Shown piece by piece: positions 31,388-41,011 of a stretch of DNA of 64,000 nucleotides. The position numbers were made by a program, and so were the translations under genes. This DNA is from Nanobdellota archaeon (lineage in GTDB: Archaea > Nanobdellota > Nanobdellia > CSSed11-243R1), in the NCBI GenBank assembly GCA_021162365.1, contig JAGGYW010000014.1, positions 2,518 through 66,517 on the forward strand, read 5' to 3'. Positions within the stretch are counted from its first letter, which is position 1; the number at the start of each line of letters is the position of its first letter. The notes beneath the pieces were generated by a model, which ran no database searches, was not told the origin of the DNA, and was given only the letters and a program-made list of their open reading frames with translations.

Positions 31388-32368
31388 TTACACAACCCTT
31401 ATCCCTCCGAAAAATGCGGAGAGGACGAGCCTTGCTATATAAAACAATGCAAGTGCAATCCCCAAGAAAAATGGAATATACTTTACTCCATATTTCTCAT
31501 TACCTTTGTTTATTAGTGCAACTATGAAAGAAGCAAACACGGAAACAATTGTCAAATTAATGTACGCAAAGTTAGTTAAAAACTCTCCGGAGATGCTGGA
31601 TGGTACAATTTTAACAGTTGGTGTTTTTTCTGTTACAAATTGAACTGCAATTGAATGACTTAGCTTTGATAAAACTTCTGCAAGCTGGATGGACACTGCA
31701 TATAAGACGGGTGCAATCAAACAAGCGGCTATGAATATGAAAAATGCATACACAAAAATCATAGATCTAACTTCTTTTCTTATGGACGCAGTTTCCTTTA
31801 TATCATTTGCAGTGCTTTCTAAAAGAACTGATAAATCACCACCAGAATTAATTCCCTCTATTATCAAATTCATGGTTTGCTTGAACAGCTTTGAATCAAT
31901 TCCATAAGAAAGCTCGGAAAAAGCGTCAACTAATGAAGCACCTGCTGCTATTTTTTTCCCAGCCTTCTTAATCTTATCTGCAAGAAAACCAAATTCCGGA
32001 CGTGCACTAAGCAAAAATGCTTCCTCTGGAGAAATACCACTCCTTAAATTAGACGCCATAAGTAGTAGTACATCCGGTAACATCATCTCAACATACCTTG
32101 CCCTCTGCTCTGCAAGAAGGGACAAAATCATCAACACACTTGCATAGTAAATGAAAACAGTTAACGCAGCAGATATAAGAGCATAAAAAGCTCCGTAAGT
32201 ATTAAACACAATCAATCCGGCAATAGTAGTAATTATAACTCCTAGCAAAAAGTTAACACTTACAAAGTAAAATGGGTTTACTTTAATGTCTGCATAAGTT
32301 AGCATTTCCTTTACTTTCTTTACCTTTCCTCTCGTCAGCAGCTTGCCAAATTCAATTAATAAATTCAT
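31388..32368 (-). CDS. Type II/IV secretion system F-family (TadC-like) membrane platform protein
   Basis: LPDVLLLMASNLRSG, ARPEFG, SGG motifs; multiple TMs. Confidence 0.85.
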   Translation of the reverse strand: MNLLIEFGKLLTRGKVKKVKEMLTYADIKVNPFYFVSVNFLLGVIITTIAGLIVFNTYGAFYALISAALTVFIYYASVLMILSLLAEQRARYVEMMLPDVLLLMASNLRSGISPEEAFLLSARPEFGFLADKIKKAGKKIAAGASLVDAFSELSYGIDSKLFKQTMNLIIEGINSGGDLSVLLESTANDIKETASIRKEVRSMIFVYAFFIFIAACLIAPVLYAVSIQLAEVLSKLSHSIAVQFVTEKTPTVKIVPSSISGEFLTNFAYINLTIVSVFASFIVALINKGNEKYGVKYIPFFLGIALALFYIARLVLSAFFGGIRVV

Positions 32369-33252
32369 TATATCACCAAAAGAGGCCTCTTATTCCTAAT
32401 AATTGATATAAAAAATATTTGGAGTATAAAAACAAAAAATGGAATTAAGTAAAAAATGTAAAGCGGAGCCTCAAGCTCCGAAAATGCACTCATCACAACA
32501 ATAACAGTAATCCCCAAACTTGGGAATACAATCGTAAACATCATATACATGAGGATAATCGGATTTAACTCTGCTCCATACTTCCTTATAAGAATTTTGT
32601 GCTCTTTTGTTAAGGTGGAAGTAATCCCTTCCAATATGTCTGCGATTTCTGCACCTGCACGCAAATTATTTGTTATCTGCCATATGATTCTCCTAAAGTA
32701 TAGAGAAGGATTCCTTAAAGCCATATTTTCAAGGGCTGTAACTTCATCTATTCCAGCAGAGATTTCTTTTATTGTCTTCTTGAACTCTTTAGAAACTTCA
32801 CCAAAATCGCCGTATGCCACTCCAACCATGGCGTCATAAAGAGGGATCCCAGACTTTATTTTCACGTAAATATACCTAAGCGCGAAGAGTAAATCCTTTT
32901 CAAGCAATTTAATCTTCTTAATTAACAACAACTTAAGATAAAAAAATGAGTAAATTGAGACAAAAAAAGCTATGGTTCCTCCACTCAACAATGAAATTTT
33001 CAATGCTTCGACTACTCCCCGAGAAATTGTTCCGATTACCATCAAAGGTGTAAATATAAGTAGAAAAGTAAAAACAACAGAAAATGTTGCCATAGCAAGA
33101 TATTCTTCTGGGGATAACTTTATCTCTAATTGGGTTAAATTTGTCTCAACGCTTGGAAAAAACCTGGAAAGAAATGCACCAAAAGGTAAAAAAATCCTCG
33201 ACATTCTTAGCATTGTCTCTTCCTTCATTGGCAAAAAACTGAAAAGTCTCAT
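32368..33252 (-). CDS. Type II/IV secretion system F-family (TadB/C-like) membrane platform protein
   Basis: DLLFALR...KSGIPLYDAM...FGEVSKEF; multiple TMs. Confidence 0.85.
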   Translation of the reverse strand: MRLFSFLPMKEETMLRMSRIFLPFGAFLSRFFPSVETNLTQLEIKLSPEEYLAMATFSVVFTFLLIFTPLMVIGTISRGVVEALKISLLSGGTIAFFVSIYSFFYLKLLLIKKIKLLEKDLLFALRYIYVKIKSGIPLYDAMVGVAYGDFGEVSKEFKKTIKEISAGIDEVTALENMALRNPSLYFRRIIWQITNNLRAGAEIADILEGITSTLTKEHKILIRKYGAELNPIILMYMMFTIVFPSLGITVIVVMSAFSELEAPLYIFYLIPFFVFILQIFFISIIRNKRPLLVI

Positions 33253-33253
33253 T

Positions 33254-34771
33254 TTATCTTTCAAGCTCCGAAAAGAAGTTACCCAAAACTAACTCAACTC
33301 CTTTTTTCTCATGCATGAGTTTCATTAATTGCTTTTTATCCTTGTAATACTCACTAACAACTTTACCAACAGTGTTAACAGTATCAATGTTATTCTCAAC
33401 TAACCACTTTAGGATACCCGTCTTTTCCTTCATGTCCTTTTGGAGTTCATCCTTACTAAGACCAGTGAACAATTTTATCTCATTCATTAATCTCTTCGAA
33501 TCCCCTACTTTCATCTGAACATCTTTACTTGCATCCCATCTATATATTGTATTAATCTCAACCTCCTTTCCAGAAACAACTTCTGAAACCTCAAAAAGAC
33601 GGCGTATATTCTTTCTTCTTTGCCTGAACATGATTGCAAACAAAGGCAATGAACGAATCAAATCGGGAGGTAAATTAATTGGAGGTGAGGTTAATCTTCT
33701 AAATGCCTCCTCTGCAGTATTTGCATGTAATGTAGAATAAACAGAGTGGCCTGTATTCAATGCTTCAAACAAAACTTCGGCTTCCTCTTGCCTTCTTACT
33801 TCTCCAACAACAATCCTGTCCGGCCTCATCCTCAAGGAATTTATTAACAAATCAAGCATATCCACCCCACCTTTCCCCTCAGGATTTGGATCTCTTGTGG
33901 TAAGGGGGACCCAATGTAAAAATGATGGAAGGTTGAGTTCCCTTGTTTCTTCAATACTTATGACTCTCTGATTTGGGGGAACAAACGGAAGTATAACATT
34001 AAGCAAACTTGTCTTACCTGTGGCTGTTCCACCACCAATGATTATACTCATCTCATATTGCACTGCCAACCACAGAAGAGCAGCAGTTTCATAATTTAAT
34101 GTCTTATTCTTGATAAAATCAGTAATTGTCCATGGTTTCCTTCTGAACATTCTAATTGTAAGAGTGTTCCCTTTTGTAGAGATAGGAAACAAGGTTGCAT
34201 TAACTCTGTCGCCGGTCAATAAATGTGCATCCATTAATGGATTTAAAACAGTTATTTGTCTTCCAACTCTTCTGCCAACTATGGATGCATAGTTTTTAAT
34301 TTGCTCCTCGCTATCAACAATTAAGTTTGTCTCGAGCCACCCAAGTTTTTTATGGTAAACCCATACTGGTTCTTTGCTGTTGTTTATAACAATTTCCTCC
34401 AAGTTATCGTCATGCAAAAGAAACTCCACATTTCCTAATCCAAGCATCTCATTAACCAAAAAAGTAATTCCGTAATCGACGACTTCCTCCGGAGCAGTAG
34501 GGATACCTTCTTTAATTATTTCCCTAGCTTTTGCCGATATTGTATACTTAATTTTCTCAAATTGAATTGGATCCCTTAACACTTCTAACTTTATAGGAAT
34601 TTTAGCAATTAGCTTATCCCTAACATCTTCCAAAAACGCCAGTGTTGCTGGCTCCAATTTTGGTAGATTTAAAACATAAATTGGGACAAATTTATCTTCA
34701 TCCTTGTAGATAGAAACAGTTACCTTTGTTGTACCTATTCTTACAGGATAGTTGCTAATTTGTTTTCTCAT
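33254..34771 (-). CDS. Pilus assembly ATPase (CpaF/VirB11/ArlI family)
   Basis: GGTATGKTS, SIEETREL, LRMRPDRIVVGEVR, TGH..STLHA. Confidence 0.92.
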   Translation of the reverse strand: MRKQISNYPVRIGTTKVTVSIYKDEDKFVPIYVLNLPKLEPATLAFLEDVRDKLIAKIPIKLEVLRDPIQFEKIKYTISAKAREIIKEGIPTAPEEVVDYGITFLVNEMLGLGNVEFLLHDDNLEEIVINNSKEPVWVYHKKLGWLETNLIVDSEEQIKNYASIVGRRVGRQITVLNPLMDAHLLTGDRVNATLFPISTKGNTLTIRMFRRKPWTITDFIKNKTLNYETAALLWLAVQYEMSIIIGGGTATGKTSLLNVILPFVPPNQRVISIEETRELNLPSFLHWVPLTTRDPNPEGKGGVDMLDLLINSLRMRPDRIVVGEVRRQEEAEVLFEALNTGHSVYSTLHANTAEEAFRRLTSPPINLPPDLIRSLPLFAIMFRQRRKNIRRLFEVSEVVSGKEVEINTIYRWDASKDVQMKVGDSKRLMNEIKLFTGLSKDELQKDMKEKTGILKWLVENNIDTVNTVGKVVSEYYKDKKQLMKLMHEKKGVELVLGNFFSELER

Positions 34772-34832
34772 TTTAACCTACTAATTTAACATTAAGAACC
34801 TTTATATTTTTTAAAATTACTTTCCATTAGTA

Positions 34833-37800
34833 ATGAATCATATAAAGAAGCTCGAAATATTTGGATTTAAATCCTTCTCCGGAAGAAAAGAAATTACATT
34901 TCCTGAGGGGTTAAACTGCATAATGGGCCCAAATGGAAGCGGAAAAAGCAACGTCACAGAAGCTATCTGCTTTGTTCTAGGAAAAGCGTCAAAAAAAGAC
35001 CTCCGCGCAGAAAGACTGGGCGACTTAGTATTCAATGGTGGAAAGAAACTTCCACCAAGCAAGTTTGCAAAAGTGACAATTGTCATAGACAACAAAAATA
35101 GAAGATTTCCAATAGATGATGACGAAGTAAGAATAAGTAGAAAAGTAGACAGAGAAGGGAGAAGTTTGTTCAGGGTAAACGGAAAAAGAGAAACAAGAGA
35201 ATATGTAAAAAACTTACTTGCCTATGCGAATATAGATGCGGACGGATACAACATAGTAATGCAGGGAGAGATAGAAAAATTTGTGGATTTGTCCCCAGAT
35301 GAAAGAAGAAAAATAATTGAAGACTTATCAGGGATTTCTGTTTACGAAGAGAAAAAACACAAATGTATGCTAGAAATAGAAAAAGTCAATCAAAAGCTAA
35401 AGGAGGCAAACATAATTCTCAATGAAAAAATAAAGCATATGGAAGAACTAAAAAAGGAGAAAGAAGAAGCCGAAAAATTCAACGACCTAAAGGAAAAACT
35501 AAGATACAAAAAAGCCTCAAAATTATTCAAAGAGATTGAGGAAATTAATTCTGAAAAAAGAAAGCTTGAAGAAAAGGTATTATCAAAACAAAAAGAAATT
35601 GAAGAGTTAACAAACACAAAGCAGGAAATTTCAAAGAAGATAGATGAAATTAGTAAGGAAATAGAGAGCATAAACAAAACAACAGAAGAGCTCGGCGAAA
35701 CAGAACAGATAGAACTTAACAATCAAATTGAGAATCTAAGAATAAGAATAAATGAAATCAATGCTGAAATCAAAGGAAGGAAAAATGAGATAGTTAGGAT
35801 AAATGAAAGAAAAAAGCAAATTCAAAAAGATATAGAAATAAACAAAGAAAATTCAAAAAAATCAGAGGAGAGACTTAAAAAACTAAGCGAAGAGAGCGAA
35901 GCACTAAAGAAAAAGCTCGAAAAGCTGAAGGAAGAATTTAAGCTATTAAGTAACCTAGACAAAGAGAGAGTAGAAATAAAATCAAAGATAAATGAAGTTG
36001 AAAAAGAAATAATTAACATCAAAGGAGAGTTAAGTACTTTTGAAGAGAGAATAAAAGGAATTGAAAAAAAGAAAGAACTTGAAAAAGAACTAAATCTGAA
36101 AGAGCGTATTCTCAAAGAAAAGGCCGAAGAAGATTCCTCCCTTGCAATAAAAATATCTGGCCTAAAGGAAGAAAGAGACAAGCTTAACAAGCAGCTCCAC
36201 ACCTTTGAAGGGAAGAAAGAAATCTTGTTTGGTCTCCTGAAAAAAGGTGTTAGAGCAATCCTGCAAGCGAAGGAAAGAGGCGAAATAAAAGGAATTCATG
36301 GATTAGTATACGACCTTGCAAAAGTTGATGAAAAATATTCTGTGCCAATTAAAGTAGCTGCGGGTAATAGGAGTAACGCAATAGTTGTTGACAATGTAGA
36401 TGTTGCAAAAGAGTGCATAAGGTTTCTGCGTGAAAATAAACTTGGCGTAGCTACATTTCTCCCACTAGACAAACTAAGAACAGAAAAAATCAAAAAAGAA
36501 ATCAAAGTAGGGAACGGTGTAGTTGGCTATGCAATTGATTTAATAAAATATGACAAGAGATATGAAAATGTATTCAACTATATTTTATCCGACACACTTA
36601 TTGTAAAAGATATTGAAACTGCAAAAAGAGTTGGGATTAACAAATATAGGATGGTAACTCTTAAAGGGGACTTAATAGAAAAAAGTGGGGCAATCTCCGG
36701 AGGACATAGGCAAAAGGAAACTCTCGGGTTTAGCAGCGAGCCGTTGGACGAAAAAATAGAAAAAATAAAATCGGAGATTTCTGAAATTGCATCTCAGATA
36801 ACTTCGCTTGAATCTAAAAGAGAAAAGTTGTTTGAAGACATCTCAAATATGAGAAGCGAAATATTTCACTTAAACTCAACAATTGAGAGTATAGAAGATG
36901 TCAATGAAGAAAAATTAAAAGAACTAAAAGAAAAACTAAAGGAGAAAGAAAAGCTGAGAGCTGAGCTTGAGGCTAAGCTTAAAGAAATGCCTTCTAAGGC
37001 AGACGAAGAACTGCTAAACAAACTAAGCAAGGACATAGAAACCACACAAACAAAGATAAATGAATTAGAAGCAAAAAAAGGAGGAATAAAATTTGAGATA
37101 GAAATCTCGCAAAAAGATTTAGAACGCTCAACGAAACTTTTGGAAGAGCTACAAAAAGAGGAGGAAAACTTCAAAAAGACAATTTCCTCTCTTGAAGATG
37201 AATCTAAAAAGCTTGAAAGTGATCTAAAGAAAAAGCTTGAAGAAGAAAAGAGATTCCACTCAAAGCTAAGGGAACTTTACGAAAAGAGAAACAAATTGAA
37301 TGACAAAATAAAACAGCTTGAGATAAAAAAAGCAAGAATCGATGAAAAGATAGAAAAAATAAGAGATGAATTCAATAACTTAAAACTCAAACTCGCAGAA
37401 GTAAATGCAAAACTTGAGGGAAAAAACACTGCCATGCAGGAGTTCTCAGACATCAAAATTGAAAAGGTTAACAAAAGCATAAAAGAACTTGAAAAAGAAA
37501 TACACACGCTTGAGATGTTAATCTCAAACTTCGGCGCTGTAAATCTACGGGCGCTTGATGTATACAAAGAAGTTGAAAAAGAGTATAATGAACTGAAAGA
37601 AAAATACGACAAATTAAACGAGGAGAAAAATGAAATCTTAAAAGTTATGGAAGAAGTAGAAGAAAAGAAAAAAGAGGCATTCTTCGAAACATTCAACAAT
37701 GTAGCTAAAAACTTCGAAAGAGTATTCTCGATCTTATCTCCAAACGGGGAAGGTAAGCTCGTACTTGAAAATGAGGACAACCCATTTGAAGGGGGGTTAG

Positions 37801-38129
37801 ACATAATCGCTCGCCCGGGTGGAAAAAAATTCATCTCTTTAAGAGCAATGAGTGGTGGAGAAAAAACACTAACAACTCTTGCATTTATATTCGCAGTTCA
37901 GGAGTATATACCCTCTCCATTTTACATAATGGATGAAGTTGAAGCCGCGCTAGACAGAGAGAATTCCGAAAGACTAGCACAATTGCTTGCAGAATATTCA
38001 AAAACATCGCAGTTTATTGTGGTTACACACAATGATGCGGTACTCGCCCACGCAGACACAATTTATGGAGTGCACATGAATCAACTTGGTGAGTCCCAAA
38101 TAGTTTCCGTAAAGCTTCCTAAGAGATAA
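34833..38129 (+). CDS. smc: Chromosome segregation protein SMC
   Basis: FKSF, GPNGSGKSN, hinge with GVATFLPL, MSGGEK, MDEVEAALD. Confidence 0.95.
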   Translation: MNHIKKLEIFGFKSFSGRKEITFPEGLNCIMGPNGSGKSNVTEAICFVLGKASKKDLRAERLGDLVFNGGKKLPPSKFAKVTIVIDNKNRRFPIDDDEVRISRKVDREGRSLFRVNGKRETREYVKNLLAYANIDADGYNIVMQGEIEKFVDLSPDERRKIIEDLSGISVYEEKKHKCMLEIEKVNQKLKEANIILNEKIKHMEELKKEKEEAEKFNDLKEKLRYKKASKLFKEIEEINSEKRKLEEKVLSKQKEIEELTNTKQEISKKIDEISKEIESINKTTEELGETEQIELNNQIENLRIRINEINAEIKGRKNEIVRINERKKQIQKDIEINKENSKKSEERLKKLSEESEALKKKLEKLKEEFKLLSNLDKERVEIKSKINEVEKEIINIKGELSTFEERIKGIEKKKELEKELNLKERILKEKAEEDSSLAIKISGLKEERDKLNKQLHTFEGKKEILFGLLKKGVRAILQAKERGEIKGIHGLVYDLAKVDEKYSVPIKVAAGNRSNAIVVDNVDVAKECIRFLRENKLGVATFLPLDKLRTEKIKKEIKVGNGVVGYAIDLIKYDKRYENVFNYILSDTLIVKDIETAKRVGINKYRMVTLKGDLIEKSGAISGGHRQKETLGFSSEPLDEKIEKIKSEISEIASQITSLESKREKLFEDISNMRSEIFHLNSTIESIEDVNEEKLKELKEKLKEKEKLRAELEAKLKEMPSKADEELLNKLSKDIETTQTKINELEAKKGGIKFEIEISQKDLERSTKLLEELQKEEENFKKTISSLEDESKKLESDLKKKLEEEKRFHSKLRELYEKRNKLNDKIKQLEIKKARIDEKIEKIRDEFNNLKLKLAEVNAKLEGKNTAMQEFSDIKIEKVNKSIKELEKEIHTLEMLISNFGAVNLRALDVYKEVEKEYNELKEKYDKLNEEKNEILKVMEEVEEKKKEAFFETFNNVAKNFERVFSILSPNGEGKLVLENEDNPFEGGLDIIARPGGKKFISLRAMSGGEKTLTTLAFIFAVQEYIPSPFYIMDEVEAALDRENSERLAQLLAEYSKTSQFIVVTHNDAVLAHADTIYGVHMNQLGESQIVSVKLPKR

Positions 38130-38396
38130 TTAACTAAACTTACACTTAAAATTCTCACACCCACAATTTAAATCTGGCTTCTCTGTTTTGTTTAAAAACT
38201 CACAAAGTTCATCTGGACATTTCCACCAACTCAAATCCTTGGAGTCACATCTCCAAGTACAACAAACTTTCTGCATGTGGCAGTTAGAATCTAAAAGACA
38301 GGGAGTGTTTGGAATAAACTCTGGAGCAAATATATACACCGCTGCAACAACAATAATTACCCCAACTATGACCCCTGCAAAAAAAGAAGTGAACAT
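38130..38396 (-). CDS. Small membrane-anchored Cys-rich protein
   Basis: N-terminal TM, ten Cys (C..DSNC....CC...C...C.C....C); SD GGTGA. Confidence 0.6.
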   Translation of the reverse strand: MFTSFFAGVIVGVIIVVAAVYIFAPEFIPNTPCLLDSNCHMQKVCCTWRCDSKDLSWWKCPDELCEFLNKTEKPDLNCGCENFKCKFS

Positions 38397-38417
38397 GTTT
38401 TATCACCATAAAAGATA

Positions 38418-38591
38418 TGGGCCCGCCCAGATTCGAATTCCCCCACGCTTTCTTTCCGTGCACGCTTTCTTTCCGGAAAGAAAGGGTGCCTGGGGACCTC
38501 CCGCAGTCTGAACCCCCTTCTTTCCGTAAACGCTTTCTTGGAAAGAAAGGGTTTCGTCAAGCGGACGCCATAACCACTAGGCCACGGGCCC
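38418..38591 (-). tRNA. tRNA-Val(GAC) with two introns (38506-38554 at 37/38; 38438-38489 at 53/54)
   Basis: Acceptor GGGCCCG/CGGGCCC, TCCGC-TTGACG/T-GCGGG, CCCAG/TTCGAAT-CTGGG; BHB helices TTGA/TCAG and CCCC/GGGG; 73 nt after splicing. Confidence 0.93.
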
Positions 38592-38616
38592 ATAAAATCT
38601 CCTTTAACATAGATGT

Positions 38617-39117
38617 TTAAAAATCTTTGGTTAGATATTCTCTCAGCTCATCAGAAGACAATACTTTCGTAATCTCCTTCATAGCACCCACCATTTCATG
38701 GAGTGCGCCATCCATCTCAATCATAGTCACAGTGAAATAAGTCATACCAAACGGATTGCTGAGCAATGGCTCCGATGTAAGATAAAATTCACTTCCATCC
38801 CACATTATCTTCTGAGGGGATTTATCCAAGTTTAGCAAACCATATTCTAAAACGCTAAAAGGTTTTGGAAAATCAATACTAACACCAACATACTGTCGCG
38901 CTGTATCTACACCATTTAAATTCCACATCACCATTCTTTCTCTTACCTTTGTATAATCTCTCTCAGGGAATATTATTCCACATAGATCAGGAGCATCCAC
39001 TTTCTTGAGAGGAGCATAGAATACAAAGAGCTGTACCCCACCCGGAATGATATATTCCCAACTACTAAATCTATCTTTGATATATTTCGCACGATTTCTG
39101 ATTGCATCTAAATCCAT
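38617..39117 (-). CDS. Hypothetical protein between two tRNA genes
   Basis: Start moved to ATG 39117 (SD GGTGGTG) because the longer ORF overlaps tRNA-Ser; no recognised motif. Confidence 0.6.
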   Translation of the reverse strand: MDLDAIRNRAKYIKDRFSSWEYIIPGGVQLFVFYAPLKKVDAPDLCGIIFPERDYTKVRERMVMWNLNGVDTARQYVGVSIDFPKPFSVLEYGLLNLDKSPQKIMWDGSEFYLTSEPLLSNPFGMTYFTVTMIEMDGALHEMVGAMKEITKVLSSDELREYLTKDF

Positions 39118-39133
39118 ATACACCACCATAAAG

Positions 39134-39402
39134 CGCCGGGGGTGGGACTCTCGTGCACCCACGAAAGTTTTCTCTTTCGTGCACGTTTCTCTTTTCCAAA
39201 GAGAGAAAGTGCCTTCGAACCCACGCACCCTTGCGGGAACTGGCTTTCAGCCTGCTTTTCATAAACACTTTCTTTCCCTGCAGGCTTTCTGGAAAGAAAG
39301 GCTGCTAGCAGGCCAGCGCCATAACCAGATTCCCCACACCTTCTTCCCTTCTTTTGGTAAAGCTTTTCTTCGGGGAAGAAAAGGTTTCTAGGCGACCCCG
39401 GC
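39134..39402 (-). tRNA. tRNA-Ser(GCT) with three introns (approx. 39330-39387 at 15/16; 39246-39305 at 37/38; 39148-39213 at 59/60)
   Basis: Acceptor GCCGGGG/CCCCGGC, G73, CTGGC-CTGCTA/A-GCCAG, variable arm CCC-GCAA-GGG, GTGGG-TTCGAA/T-CCCAC; 85 nt after removing three inserts. Confidence 0.9.
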
Positions 39403-39432
39403 ATGATTCATAGAAACAATATTCCTCTTATA

Positions 39433-39478
39433 TTTCTTTCTCTTAGCACAAGCTTCTTTCTTTTAAGAAGAGAAAGTG
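39433..39478 (-). repeat. Free-standing copy of the tripartite Y-R-R element found in tRNA introns
   Basis: Minus strand CACTTTCTCTTCTTAAAAGAAAGAAG-CTTGTGC-TAAGAGAAAG, directly after the SRP RNA 3' end. Confidence 0.65.
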
Positions 39479-39480
39479 AG

Positions 39481-39751
39481 TGGGCGGGCACGCCAACCCT
39501 TGAGAAGCCACACCAGGGGCAGTCCCCAGATCTTTTCTCCACCCCGTATCCCAAGAGCATGTGCTACCCTGCTTAGTGCTGCTTCCTTCCGGACCTCGCA
39601 CGGTTCACAGAATAACACATCCCTTGGGGCGAGGCTTCTTAGATACGACCTGGGCTTGCCCAAAATGTGGCAACCCTCAGGTTGGCTTCGGCCCCCCATA
39701 AGGACGGTTTGGGGTTAACAGGCCACGCCCAACGGCCCACCTAGCCCGCCC
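39481..39751 (-). ncRNA. ffs: Signal recognition particle RNA (~271 nt, apparently lacking helix 6)
   Basis: Terminal helix GGGCGGGC/GCCCGCCC, Alu-like 5' domain, long helix 5, helix 8 motif AGGTCC-GGAA-GGAAGCAGC. Confidence 0.92.
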
Positions 39752-39787
39752 AAATAAAAATTAAAAAAAGTCAAGTTAAAAAGTTTT

Positions 39788-40993
39788 CTAAACACCTAAA
39801 TCTTTTGCTGTAAGTATCTTGACTCTTCTACTACTTCCTGCCGCTCCCTCAGCTACAATCGTTGATATATGTGAGCGCTCTGCATATCTTATTATGTCAG
39901 GAGTTACTTGTCCATCCATAACGATTGTATCAACCTCTGGCAAGCTCCTTATTGTATTCTTCAGCTCCTTCGTTGGAACTTTACCAAGAATGTTCATATC
40001 CGAATCTAACAAGTAAGCTCCTCTGGTACCAATTAACTCATCAAGCATTTTCTTAAACTGCTTAGCATATTCTGGGTGTACATCACTTCTTCTTTGTTGT
40101 TGTCTTTGCTGTCTCCTTTCAACTCTTTGTTGCTGAACTTGTTGTGGCTTGTGATTTCCATTTTCTCCCATCTCTTCCTTAAATTGGTCTATGGGTATCT
40201 TTGCCCTTAGGCACTTATGGATCTCTTTTTTCGTTAGTTCCTCTACTTCCTTTCCTGAAGGTGCCATAGCAACAAAATCAACATCTCCCACAGCCATAAG
40301 TTCTCTAACGATTAACTTGCCACCTCTGTCTCCATCTACAAACACAGTTGTTGTCTTTGTTTTAGTAAGCTCTGCAACAGTTGGTGGAACAGATGTTCCA
40401 TTCAATCCAATAACATTCTTAAATCCGTGCTTAAGCAAGTTAATTACATCTGCCCTTCCTTCAACAACAATTATTTCATCACTATCTTTTATATTGGGTC
40501 CTGCCGGAAGTCTTTCTTTTCCATACTCAACTAACTCCAAACTCCTAACTGTCTGCTTTAACTCCTCCATGAGCTCTGCGGAATCAGGTCCTTTATCAAT
40601 CATGTTCTTCAAAAGCTCCTTTGCTCTTTCAATTACATATTCTCTCTTTGTAACTCTAACATCCTCTATGTTTTCCACACTAAGCTTAGCATTGCAAGGA
40701 CCAATCCTTTGTATTGTCTCCAAAGCAGAAGCCACAATTGCAGTTTCTGCCATGTCCATAGAAGAAGGAATTGTTATCTCACCTTCTGCCTTTCCACCTT
40801 TATTCTCAAGTTTCACTTCTATTCTTCCAATCCTACCTGATTTCTGCAATTCTCTTAGTTCCAAGTCAGAACCTAAAAGACCCTCAGTTTGTCCAAATAT
40901 GGCACCAATCACATCTGGTTTTTCAACAGTCCCATCCACATGTATCTTCGCATGAATAATGTATTTCGCAGATACGGGTGCTATCTTACCCAT
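39788..40993 (-). CDS. dnaG: Archaeal DnaG (TOPRIM protein, exosome-associated)
   Basis: KPDVIGAIFGQTEGLLG, VVEGRADV, FVDGDRGG; SD AGGAGG. Confidence 0.95.
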   Translation of the reverse strand: MGKIAPVSAKYIIHAKIHVDGTVEKPDVIGAIFGQTEGLLGSDLELRELQKSGRIGRIEVKLENKGGKAEGEITIPSSMDMAETAIVASALETIQRIGPCNAKLSVENIEDVRVTKREYVIERAKELLKNMIDKGPDSAELMEELKQTVRSLELVEYGKERLPAGPNIKDSDEIIVVEGRADVINLLKHGFKNVIGLNGTSVPPTVAELTKTKTTTVFVDGDRGGKLIVRELMAVGDVDFVAMAPSGKEVEELTKKEIHKCLRAKIPIDQFKEEMGENGNHKPQQVQQQRVERRQQRQQQRRSDVHPEYAKQFKKMLDELIGTRGAYLLDSDMNILGKVPTKELKNTIRSLPEVDTIVMDGQVTPDIIRYAERSHISTIVAEGAAGSSRRVKILTAKDLGV

Positions 40994-41011
40994 TCAAATC
41001 GCCTCCTTTTT

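Noticed and set aside
38366..38620. ORFs 38366-38593 (-), 38417-38620 (+) and 38188-38511 (+)
   Set aside because: They overlap the intron-containing tRNA-Val(GAC) and are shadow frames
38438..39478. Clustered GAAAGAAAG repeats as a possible CRISPR array
   Set aside because: Copies vary in sequence and length, the intervening sequences are tRNA exons, spacing is irregular and no cas genes are present
39047..39718. Several 65-114 aa ORFs across 39047-39718
   Set aside because: They overlap tRNA-Ser(GCT) and the SRP RNA; GC-rich structural RNA explains the open frames
40088..40165. Gln/Arg-rich tract in DnaG
   Set aside because: It falls in the variable inter-domain linker; ordinary low complexity
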